From: Amphiscolops sp. MND2022
Taxonomy: Eukaryota
Direction: 5' to 3'
DNA: 64,000 nucleotides
NCBI GenBank assembly: GCA_964187785.1
Contig: OZ076409.1
Coordinates: 66,280,001 to 66,344,000 of the forward strand
Shown here: one piece after another, positions 20,701 through 33,181 of the stretch
Layout of the letters: every line of letters begins with the position of its first letter
Numbering within the stretch: the stretch's first letter is position 1
Position numbers and translations under genes: made by a program
Notes under the pieces: model-generated
Database searches by the model: none
Told to the model about the DNA's origin: nothing
Seen by the model: only the letters and a program-made list of their open reading frames with translations

Positions 20701-23700
20701 AACATTGAATTTTAAAATGAAGACCGAGGAACACAGCTGTTTTTCGAAAGTGCACGACTCACATACAGTAGAGATCATTGAGGAACGACGTCTCTCAAAG
20801 AGTTCAGATGAGCAACTAAATGCATATGTTATTGACACATCATCAGAGAACAAGCTCAGCAAGCATTCGTGTCTAGAAAAGCAGCACTGCCATTGATGTC
20901 GGCAGTGTCACGTTGAGATCAGTTTACATCCAACATTCCAAAAGTCTGAAGCAACGCACAGTCATTCAATACCCGACAGTGCTTTAACTACTTTACTATC
21001 AGAAGTTTTTCTTCATCAGTTGCAGAGTTCAATAGACGCGAAGCCCTCAGATAGCTGCCTGGTCTATGTACACCAAGGAGTACGAAACAATCATCAACGT
21101 CATCGAAGGTTTCCCCTCATGACATCTTCATGCTCTGACAAGACATCCATCTGTCATCGTCGGGCTGATGAAAGTCATCAATTTTGCCTTAGGAGGCGAA
21201 GATGCAGGCTCTAGAAATGATCTCTAGAAGTATGATCTTGAATTTCGATCATTCCTTTTTCATCATTTGCCTTGTGGCATTGAGAAAACGACTACTAAAG
21301 AGAGTGTGCCTGAACATTGAATATTAAAATGAAGTCTGAAGAACCAAGCTGTTTTTCGGAAGTGCACGACTCACATACAGTAGAGATCATTGAGGATCGA
21401 CGTCTCTCAAAGTGTTCAGATGGGCAACTAAATGCATATGTTAATAACACATCATCAGAGAACAAGCTCAGCAAGCATTCGTGTCTAGAAAAGCAGCGCT
21501 GCCGATGATGTCGGCAGTGTCACGTTGAGATCAGTTTACATCCAAAAATCCAAAAGTCTGAAGCAACGCACAGTCATTCTATACCCGACAGTGCTTTAAC
21601 TACTTTACTGTAAGAAGTTTTTCTTCATCAGTTGCAGAGTTCAATAGATGCGAAGCCCTCAGATTGCTGCCTGGTCTATGTACACCAAGGAGTACGAAAC
21701 AATCATCAACGTCATCGAAGGTTTCCCCTCATGACATCTTCATGCTCTGACAAGACATCCATCTGTCATCGTCGGGCTGATGAAAGTCATCAATTTTGCC
21801 TTAGGAGGCGAAGATGCAGGCTCTAGAAATGATCTCTAGAAGTATGATCTTGAATTTCGATCATTCCTTTTTCATCGTTTGCCTTGTGGCATTGAGAAAA
21901 CGACTATTAAAGAGAGTGTGCCTGAACATTGAATATTAAAATGAAGTCTGAAGAACCCAGCTGTTTTTCGGAAGTGCACGACTCACATACAGTAGAGATC
22001 ATTGAGGATCGACGTCTCTCAAAGTGTTCAGATGGGCAACTAAATGCATATGTTATTAACACATCATCAGAGAACAAGCTCAGCAAGCATTCGTGTCTAG
22101 AAAAGCAGCGCTGCCGATGATGTCGGCAGTGTCACGTTGAGATCAGTTTACATCCAAAATTCCAAAAGTCTGAAGCAACGCACAGTCATTCTATACCCGA
22201 CAGTGCTTTAACTACTTTACTGTAAGAAGTTTTTCTTCATCAGTTGCAGAGTTCAATAGATGCGAAGCCCTCAGATAGCTGCCTGGTCTATGTACACCAA
22301 GGAGTACGAAACAATCATCAACGTCATCGAAGGTTTCCCCTCATGACATCTTCATGCTCTGACAAGACATCCATCTGTCATCATCGGGCTGATGAAAGTC
22401 ATCAATTTTGCCTTAAGAGGCGAAGATGCAGACTCTAGAAATGATCTCTAGAAGTATGATCTTGAATTTCGATCATTCCTTTTTCATCATTTGCCTTGTG
22501 GCATTGAGAAAACGACTATTAAAGAGTGTGTGCCTGAACATTGAATATTAAAATGAAGTCTGAAGAACCCAGCTGTTTTTCGGAAGTGCACGACTCACAT
22601 ACAGTAGAGATCATTGAGGAACGACGTCTCTAGAAAAGCAGTCATTCAATACCCGACAGTGCTTCAACTACTTTACTATCAGAAGTTTTTCATCATCAGT
22701 TGCAGAGTTTAATAGATGCGAAGCCCTCAGATAGCTGCCTGGTCTGTGTACTCCAAGGAGTACGAATCAATCATCAACGTCATAGAAGGTTTCCCCTCAT
22801 GACATCTTCATGCTCTGACCAGACACCCATCTGTCATCTTCGGGCTGATGAATTTCATCAATTTCACCACAAGAGGCGAAGATGCAGACTCTAGAAATGA
22901 TCTCTAGAAGTATGATCTTGAACTTCGATCATTCCTTTTTCATCATTTGCCTTGTGGCATTGACAAAACGATTAATAAAGAGAGTGTGCCTGAACATTGA
23001 ATTTTAAAATGAAGACCGAGGAACACAGCTGTTTTTCGAAAGTGCACGACTCACATACAGTAGAGATCATTGAGGAACGACGTCTCTCAAAGAGTTCAGA
23101 TGAGCAACTAAATGCATATGTTATTGACACATCATCAGAGAACAAGCTCAGCAAGCATTCGTGTCTAGAAAAGCAGCACTGCCAATGATGTCGGCAGTGT
23201 CACGTTGAGATCAGTTTACATCCAACATTCCAAAAGTCTGAAGCAACGCACAGTCATTCAATACCCGACAGTGCTTTAACTACTTTACTATCAGACGTTT
23301 TTCTTCATCAGTTGCAGAGTTCAATAGACGCGAAGCCCTCAGATAGCTGCCTGGTCTATGTACACCAAGGAGTACGAAACAATCATCAACGTCATCGAAG
23401 GTTTCCCCTCATGACATCTTCATGCTCTGACAAGACATCCATCTGTCATCGTCGGGCTGATGAAAGTCATCAATTTTGCCTTAGGAGGCGAAGATGCAGG
23501 CTCTAGAAATGATCTCTAGAAGTATGATCTTGAATTTCGATCATTCCTTTTTCATCATTTGCCTTGTGGCATTGAGAAAACGACTATTAAAGAGAGTGTG
23601 CCTGAACATTGAATATTAAAATGAAGTCTGAAGAACCCAGCTGTTTGTCGGAAGTGCACGACTCACATACAGTAGAGATCATTGAGGATCGACGTCTCTC

Positions 23701-26700
23701 AAAGTGTTCAGATGGGCAACTAAATGCATATGTTATTAACACATCATCAGAGAACAAGCTCAGCAAGCATTCGTGTCTAGAAAAGCAGCGCTGCCGATGA
23801 TGTCGGCAGTGTCACGTTGAGATCAGTTTACATCCAAAATTCCAAAAGTCTGAAGCAACGCACAGTCATTCTATACCCGACAGTGCTTTAACTACTTTAC
23901 TGTAAGAAGTTTTTCTTCATCAGTTGCAGAGTTCAATAGATGCGAAGCCCTCAGATGGCTGCCTGGTCTATGTACACCAAGGAGTACGAAACAATCATCA
24001 ACGTCATCGAAGGTTTCCCCTCATGACATCTTCATGCTCTGACAAGACATCCATCTGTCATCATCGGGCTGATGAAAGTCATCAATTTTGCCTTAAGAGG
24101 CGAAGATGCAGACTCTAGAAATGATCTCTAGAAGTATGATCTTGAACTTCGATCATTCATTTTTCATCATTTGCCTTGTGGCATTGACAAAAGTACTATT
24201 AAAGAGAGTGTGCCTGAACATTGAATATTAAAATCAAGACCGAGGAACCCAGCTGGTTTTCGAAAGTGCACGACTCACATACAGTAGAGATCATTGAGGA
24301 ACGACATCTCTCAAAGAGTTCACATGAGCAACTAAATGCATATGTTATTGACACATCATCAGAGAACAAGCTCAGCAAGCATTCGTGTCTAGAAAAGCAG
24401 CACTGCCGGTGATGTCGGCAGTGTCACTTTGAGATCAGTTTACATCCAACATTCCAAACGTCTGAAGCAACGCACAGTCATTCTATACCCGACAGTGCTT
24501 CAACTACTTTACTATCAGAAGTTTTTCATCATCAGTTGCAGAGTTTAATAGATGCGAAGCCCTCAGATAGCTGCCTGGTCTGTGTACTCCAAGGAGTACG
24601 AAGCAATCATCAACGTCATCGAAGGTTTCCCCTCATGACATCTTCATGCTCTGACCAGACATCCATCTATCATCATCGGGCTGATGAAAGTCATCAATTT
24701 TGCCAAAAGAGGCGAAGATGCAGACTCTAGAAATGATCTCTAGAAGTATGATCTTGAACTTCGATCATTCATTTTTCATCATTTGCCTTGTGGCATTGAC
24801 AAAAGTACTATTAAAGAGAGTGTGCCTGAACATTGAATATTAAAATGAAGACCGAGGAATCCAGCTGTTTTTCGAAAGTGCACGACTCACATACAGTAGA
24901 GATCATTGAGGAACGACATCTCTCAAAGAGTTCACATGAGCAACTAAATGCATATGTTATTGACACATCATCAGAGAACAAGCTCAGCAAGCATTCGTGT
25001 CTAGAAAAGCAGCACTGCCGATGATGTCGGCAGTGTCACTTTGAGATCAGTTTACATCCAACATTCCAAAAGTCTGAAGCAACGCACAGTCATTCTATAC
25101 CCGAGAGTGCTTCAACTACTTTACTATCAGAAGTTTTTCATCATCAGTTGCAGAGTTTAATAGATGCGAAGCCCTCAGATAGCTGCCTGGTCTGTGTACT
25201 CCAAGGAGTACGAAGCAATCATCAACGTCATCGAAGGTTTCCCCTCATGACATCTTCATGCTCTGACCAGACATCCATCTATCATCATCGGGCTGATGAA
25301 AGTCATCAATTTTGCCAAAAGAGGCGAAGATGCAGACTCTAGAAATGATCTCTAGAAGTATGATCTTGAACTTCGATCATTCATTTTTCATCATTTGCCT
25401 TGTGGCATTGACAAAAGTACTATTAAAGAGAGTGTGCCTGAACATTGAATATTAAAATGAAGACCGAGGAACCCAGCTGTTTTTCGAAAGTGCACGACTC
25501 ACATACAGTAGAGATCATTGAGGAACGACATCTCTCAAAGAGTTCACATGAGCAACTAAATGCATATGTTATTGACACATCATCAGAGAACAAGCTCAGC
25601 AAGCATTCGTGTCTAGAAAAGCAGCACTGCCGATGATGTCGGCAGTGTCACGTTGAGATCAGTTTACATCCAACATTCCAAAAGTCTGAAGCAATGCACA
25701 GTCATTCTATACCCGACAGTGCTTCAACTACTTTACTATCAGAAGTTTTTCATCATCAGTTGCAGAGTTTAATGAATGCGAAGTCCTCAGATAGCTGCCT
25801 GGTCTGGGTACTCCAAGGAGTACGAAGCAATCATCAACGTCATCGAAGGTTTCCCCTCATGACATCTTCATGCTCTGACCAGACATCCATCTATCATCAT
25901 CGGGCTGATGAAAGTCATCAATTTTGCCAAAAGAGGCGAAGATGCAGACTCTAGAAATGATCTCTAGAAGTATGATCTTGAACTTCGATCATTCATTTTT
26001 CATCATTTGCCTTGTGGCATTGACAAAAGTACTATTAAAGTGAGTGTGCCTGAACATTGAATATTAAAATGAAGACCGAGGAACCCAGCTGTTTTTCGAA
26101 AGTGCACGACTCACATACAGTAGAGATCATTGAGGAACGACATCTCTCAAAGAGTTCACATGAGCAACTAAATGCATATGTTATTGACACATCATCAGAG
26201 AACAAGCTCAGCAAGCATTCGTGTCTAGAATAGCAGCACTGCCAATGATGTCGGCAGTGTCACTTTGAGATCAGTTTACATCCAACATTCCAAAAGTCTG
26301 AAGCAACGCACAGTCATTCTATACCCGACAGTGCTTCAACTACTTTACTATCAGAAGTTTTTCATCATCAGTTGCAGAGTTTAATAGATGCGAAGCCCTC
26401 AGATAGCTGCCTGGTCTGTGTACTCCAAGGAGTATGAAGCAATCATCAACGTCATCGAAGGTTTCCCCTCATGACATCTTCATGCTCTGACCAGACATCC
26501 ATCTATCATCATCGGGCTGATGAAAGTCATCAATTTTGCCAAAAGAGGCGAAGATGCAGACTCTAGAAATGATCTCTAGAAGTATGATCTTGAACTTCGA
26601 TCATTCAATTTTCATCATTTGCCTTGTGGCATTGACAAAAGTACTATTAAAGAGAGTGTGCCTGAACATTGAATATTAAAATGAAGACCGTGGAACCCAG

Positions 26701-29700
26701 CTGTTTTTCGAAAGTGCACGACTCACATACAGTAGAGATCATTGAGGAACGACATCTCTCAAAGAGTTCACATGAGCAACTAAATGCATATGTTATTGAC
26801 ACATCATCAGAGAACAAGCTCAGCAAGCATTCGTGTCTAGAAAAGCAGCACTGCCGATGATGTCGGCAGTGTCACGTTGAGATCAGTTTACATCCAACAT
26901 TCCAAAAGTCTGAAGCAACGCACAGTCATTCTATACCCGACAGTGCTTCAACTACTTTACTATCAGAAGTTTTTCATCATCAGTTGCAGAGTTTAATAGA
27001 TGCGAAGTCCTCAGATAGCTGCCTGGTCTGTGTACTCCAAGGAGTACGAAGCAATCATCAACGTCATCGAAGGTTTCCCCTCATGACATCTTCATGCTCT
27101 GACCAGACATCCATCTATCATCATCGGGCTGATGAAAGTCATCAATTTTGCCAAAAGAGGCGAAGATGCAGACTCTAGAAATGATCTCTAGAAGTATGAT
27201 CTTGAACTTCGATCATTCATTTTTCATCATTTGCCTTGTGGCATTGACAAAAGTACTATTAAATTGAGTGTGCCTGAACATTGAATATTAAAATGAAGAC
27301 CGAGGAACCCAGCTGTTTTTCGAAAGTGCACGACTCACATACAGTAGAGATCATTGAGGAACGACATCTCTCAAAGAATTCACATGAGCAACTAAATGCA
27401 TATGTTATTGACACATCATCAGAGAACAGGCTCAGCAAGCATTCGTGTCTAGAAAAGCAGCACTGCCGATGATGTCGGCAGTGTCACGTTGAGATCAGTT
27501 TACATCCAACATTCCAAAAGTCTGAAGCAACGCACAGTCATTCTATACCCGACAAGGCTTCAACTACTTTACTATCAGAAGTTTTTCATCATCAGTTGCA
27601 GAGTTTAATAGATGCGAAGCCCTCAGATAGCTGCCTGGTCTGTGTACTCCAAGGAGTAAGAAGCAATCATCAACGTCATCGAAGGTTTCCCCTCATGACA
27701 TCTTCATGCTCTGACCAGACATCCATCTATCATCATCGGGCTGATGAAAGTCATCAATTTTGCCAAAAGAGGCGAAGATGCAGACTCTAGAAATGATTTC
27801 TAGAAGTATGATCTTGAACTTCGATCATTCATTTTTCATCATTTGCCTTGTGGCATTGACAAAAGTACTATTAAAGAGAGTGTGCCTGAACATTGAATAT
27901 TAAAATGAAGACCGAGGAACCCAGCTGTTTTTCGAAAGTGCACGACTCACATACAGTAGAGATCATTGAGGAACGACATCTCTCAAAGAGTTCACATGAG
28001 CAACTAAATGCATATGTTATTGACACATCATCAGAGAACAAGCTCAGCAAGCATTCGTGTCTAGAAAAGCAGCACTGCCGATGATGTCGGCAGTGTCACT
28101 TTGAGATCAGTTTACATCCAACATTCCAAAAGTCTGAAGCAACGCGTAGTCATTCTATACCCGACAGTGCTTCAACTACTTTACTATCAGAAGTTTTTCA
28201 TCATCAGTTGCAGAGTTTAATAAATGCGAAGCCGTCAGATAGCTGCCTGGTCTGTGTACTCCAAGGAGTACGAAGCAATCATCAACGTCATCGAAGGTTT
28301 CCCCTCATGACATCTTCATGCTCTGACCAGACATCCATCTATCATCATCGGTCTGATGAAAGTCATCAATTTTGCCAAAAGAGGCGAAGATGCAGACTCT
28401 AGAAATGATCTCTAGAAGTTTGATCTTGAACTTCGATCATTCATTTTTCATCATTTGCCTTGTGGCATTGACAAAAGTACTATTAAAGAGAGTGTGCCTG
28501 AACATTGAATATTAAAATGAAGACCGAGGAACCCAGCTGTTTTTCGAAAGCGCACGACTCACATACAGTAGAGATCTTTGAGGAACGACATCTCTCAAAG
28601 AGTTCACATGAGCAACTAAATGCATATGTTATTGACACATCATCAGAGAACAAGCTCAGCAAGCATTCGTGTCTAGAAAAGCAGCACTGCCGATGATGTC
28701 GGCAGTGTCACTTTGAGATCAGTTTACATCCAACATTCCAAAAGTCTGAAGCAACGCACAGTCATTCTGTACCCGACAGTGCTTCAACTACTTTACTATC
28801 AGAAGTTTTTCATCATCAGTTGCAGAGTTTAATAGATGCGAAGCCCTAAGATAGCTGCCTGGTCTGTGTACTCCAAGGAGTACGAAGCAATCATCAACGT
28901 CATCGAAGGTTTCCCCTCATGACATCTTCATGCTCTGACCAGACATCCATCTATCATCATCGGGCTGATGAAAATCATCAATTTTGCCAAAAGAGGCGAA
29001 GATGCAGACTCTAGAAATGATCTCTAGAAGTATGATCTTGAACTTCGATCATTCATTTTTCATCATTTGCCTTGTGGCATTGACAAAAGTACTAATAAAG
29101 AGAGTGTGGCTGAACATTGAATATTAAAATGAAGACCGAGGAACCCAGCTGTTTTTCGAAAGTGCACGACTCACATACAGTAGAGATCATTGAGGAACGA
29201 CATCTCTCAAAGAGTTCACATGAGCAACTAAATGCATATGTTATTGACACATCATCAGAGAACAAGCTCAGCAAGCATTCGTGTCTAGAAAAGCAGCACT
29301 GCCGATGATGTCGGCAGTGTCACTTTGAGATCAGTTTACATCCAACATTCCAAAAGTCTGAAGCAACGCACAGTCATTCTATACCCGACAGTGCTTCAAC
29401 TACTTTACTATCAGAAGTTTTTCATCATCAGTTGCAGAGTTTAATAGATGCGAAGCCCTCAGATAGCTACCTGGTCTGTGTACTCCAAGGAGTACGAAGC
29501 AATCATCAACGTCATCGAAGGTTTCCCCTCATGACATCTTCATGCTCTGACCAGACATCCATTTATCATCATCGGGCTGATGAAAGTCATCAATTTTGCC
29601 AAAAGAGGCGAAGATGCAGACTCTAGAAATGATCTCTAGAAGTATGATCTTGAACTTCGATCATTCATTTTTCATCAATTGCCTTGTGGCATTGACAAAA

Positions 29701-30266
29701 GTACTAATAAAGAGAGTGTGCCTGAACATTGAATATTAAAATGAAGACCGAGGAACCCAGCTGTTTTTCGAAAGTGCACGACTCACATACAGTAGAGATC
29801 ATTGAGGAACGACATCTCTCAAAGAGTTCACATGAGCAACTAAATGCATATGTTATTGACACATCATCAGAGAACAAGCTCAGCAAGCATTCGTGTCTAG
29901 AAAAGCAGCACTGCCGATGATGTCGGCAGTGTCACTTTGAGATCAGTTTACATCCAACATTCCAAAAGTCTGAAGCAACGCACAGTCATTCTATACCCGA
30001 CAGTGCTTCAACTACTTTACCATCAGAAGTTTTTCATCATCAGTTGCAGAGTTTAATAGATGCGAAGCCCTAAGATTAGCTGCCTGGTCTGTGTACTCCA
30101 AGGAGTACGAAGCAATCATCAACGTCATCGAAGGTTTCCCCTCATGACATCTTCATGCTCTGACCCGACATCCATCTATCATCATCGGGCTGATGAAAAT
30201 CATCAATTTTGCCAAAAGAGGCGAAGATGCAGACTCTAGAAATGATCTCTAGAAGTATGATCTTGA
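8771..30266. repeat. satellite array, ~612-bp monomer, ~34 copies
   Basis: Identical landmarks recur every 612/613 bp (ORF-track starts 10713, 11325, 11938 ... 29729); the array ends at ..gtatgatcttga 30266. Confidence 0.99.
17230..18032. mobile_element. non-autonomous TIR DNA transposon (803 bp), CACTA/CMC-like, inserted in a satellite unit
   Basis: Perfect 21-bp TIR CATTACAGTGCACAGGCAAGC (17230-17250 / 18012-18032); 2-bp TSD 'ca'; about 9 internal TGGAATCC motifs, most as TGGAATCC(A/G)GGAC, in both orientations. Unit spacing 1418 = 613 + 805. Confidence 0.93.
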
Positions 30267-31191
30267 GATGTAGAGTGTCGGTTCTTTGCACCCATCGAGC
30301 AGTAGTGACAAATGACATCACACGGAACTTTCGTTTCAGTGTACCTCATAGCTGCAAAACAGTTACAAGTTATTAGCTTTAGATTGATGTGGTTTGACAC
30401 ACTTTAAAAGTCGCAAATGTTGAATAATCCATTTTAATATCTTATATGAATGGAAAGCATAAATTATAGATTTTGCTATAAGAAATTGGTGATGAGGTAC
30501 CATTCACCATTCATAGTAGCATTGTAGTCATAGATGATTAGATGAATAGATGTAACTGTGCTGTGGTATCTATCTATGGTAACTACATCACTATACCCGG
30601 TATATCGGTATATCACTATTTATTTGTTGCTTCTGAGATTTATTTGAGATTCTGATGCCTTTTGTTTAAATACATTATAACATCCTTACTCAGATGTATA
30701 CCGTGTTACTCAGATGTATTATTATACGCGCAATGCATAATGTTAGCACGATACTGTTACTATAAAACATGGTTTAGCTCTCACTGCATGCTTTCGGGCC
30801 TCGTGTGAAAAGAAAATGAGGTTGAGCAAAATATTTAAATTTTTTAAAAGTAAAACCTTTTCTTTGCGACCGCCGTCTTGAAAAAATGAGTGTGCGAAAA
30901 TGTTGAGTGCATTTGAATTCATTATTTCAAAATTTGATGTCACCTGTACGGTATTTTATACTTTTTCCGGGATGATTACTGTATCATCATCATCATACTA
31001 TGATGCCATTCCAGATAATGTACATTAAGTTGAAATTCTGTCAATTCTTCCCGAATATTCAATACCCTATATTTTATAAAAATCAAAAAATGCGCAGAAA
31101 AAAAATCCAATGCTTCGTCAAAGTCGGCATTGATTTTTCAATTCCGTTAGTTCAAAAAATATCAAGAGTCTAGTGTCTTAGTCTTAATATA

Positions 31192-31383
31192 TTAATATAA
31201 TAGGTACAATATATAAGAGTCCTTTAGGATTTCACTGAAGACAGAATTCAAATCCTCGAAGGATGGTGTCGCGCCGGGGATTACCCCAGTTGAGACAGCT
31301 GGAACTTTTTCACACGCTGTTACCCTGCACGCAGGGCAACTTTTATAGACATGATAATCACGTTTGCTTTCTATAGATAACCA
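31192..31383 (-). pseudogene. possible C-terminal half of a RING finger (exon or decayed gene)
   Basis: After ..ttcatcag|: WLSIESKRDYHVYKSCPACRVTACEKVP..., which fits the RING W...CPxCR pattern; the N-terminal ligands were not found intact. Confidence 0.3.
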
Positions 31384-32670
31384 CTGATGAAAGTTTTAAA
31401 GAGAAGTTCCACGGATCATGTTTCTTCTCCTCAATCGTTCCCTGGTACTCTTAGCTTCTTATGACCCACCATGTAAAAGAGAGGATTATGTTGACACCAA
31501 CTATACTTTCCTTCAAAAATCCAGGACATGTCCAAAATCCATTAAAGTCCAAACTTTAAATACGATTATATGCATATAATCGTATTTAAAGTTCGGACTC
31601 ATTTTAGTTGGAGTTTTGGATCTTTTCTGTTAATTCCCCCCACAGTACCTAATTGTGTCACTTTAAGCAAATAAAAACGATCGGCGACTGAACGAAGCGT
31701 AATCGATTGAAAAAAGTAGAGTGAACAATAATGGCTATTTTGGTGGTGATAACTCAAGGTGGTTATCAAAGTTGGAACAGTTTTTCCGACAAATAAAATT
31801 GTTTTCAGTGAAATTAAACGCCTGTTCATCAATTTCTAACCCAGTGTTACAACAGAGTGTCCGGAATGCAACAACGCACATTAGATAAACCGGCGCATGA
31901 TTTTGAAGAAATGCACTAGATGAAAATGAGTGAGAGAATTGGATGATGAGGAATTTCCCCGGATGCATTCCAACAATGTTCCTAGTTTTGGAATACCATT
32001 TTGTTTGCGTTTGATTTCCCAAAAAGTGCAGTTTCCCTCTGGAGCTATATTGTCCTCTAACGGTCTCAATTTGACATGTAAGGTAATGTACACGGTAGTC
32101 AAAGGCCCTCACAGTTATTGTCCAACGCTTTAATTTCACTTATACAAATTTGGCATCTTGTAGCTCGGGTGAAGATGTCTTGAAGTTGCTTGTGGTCTAT
32201 TCTGAGAATGCTCCTCCACAAGGGGAAAAGCTGACGTTACGTCGCAGCAAAATCAACCTACTCACTCGTTCAGTGATGTTGTATTTCTCTCAAGAAACTG
32301 CCTTGTTGATCAACGGATATTCTTACTCCATAAAGTCTCAACCAATTAAGTTTTCAGATGCTTCAGACTCGAGTGTCATTTTCATTTCAATGATTGCAGT
32401 GTACCACAGCTTTACTCCACAAGTAGGTTCATCTTCTAGTGACTGGTCGGTCCACATGAACTGTTTTTGTTTCAGTTGGAGACAGCGTGTCTTGATTGAA
32501 TAGATCAGGAACATTTTGATTATTTTGATCAACAATTGATTAGTAACAATTTGATCACGCATAAAAGCTTCATTCTTTTTTTACAGCTCCAATCATGAAC
32601 ACAGGAATCATTCACGCTCATTTCCTTCACTGCAACCAGCCGTTCTTTGACTGCATAGTATCTTTACAGT

Positions 32671-33181
32671 CCGGGTCGAGCCTCCATGGATATCTTAGTG
32701 AGATCTTGCCAAGATCTTGGAAAAATCTTAGCTAAGATCTTGCCAAGATATTGCAAGAATTGCAAGATGTCATGGTAAGATCTTATCAAAAGAGCCATGT
32801 TCCAAGAAAAATTTTATTGTAAAATCCTATTTGGCCAGAAACAAATCTGAAAGGAAGTCAACAAAAACTTATATTGATTATATTGTTAGACATTCAAATT
32901 TTTTGTTAGCAAGGTATATAATTTGATTGAAGAGTCCTGATGCTGTTTATTTAGGGAGTTGTTGGGTGAAATGAGCCTTTGGATTGAGTCTCGGCTGCTT
33001 GTACCGAAGGTATAGTGTTCTTTATAATCTTAGAATTTTGTCCCTCGTGATAAGATACGATATGGAATAATGTATTATCTTAGTAAGATCTTAATAGGAA
33101 TCTTGCCATGGGATCCACGGTTGCCAATTTGGCAAGATCTTACCAAGACAGCCAAGATGCTAGTAAGAGGGTCAACCAGGG
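32671..33181. mobile_element. non-autonomous TIR element with AGATCT-rich subterminal repeats (copy 1)
   Basis: Imperfect TIR CCGGGTCGAGCCTC / GAGGGTCAACCAGG; repeated (c)aagatctt motifs; both ends are homologous to 49528-51665. Confidence 0.7.

Noticed and set aside
10713..29920. Dozens of 60-64-aa ORFs as a tandem gene family
   Set aside because: They are by-products of the satellite: mostly TTG starts, no recognisable domain, and nonsense and frameshift variants are tolerated.
8771..30266. CRISPR array or rDNA/5S/histone cluster
   Set aside because: No unique spacers and no recognisable rRNA or histone sequence.
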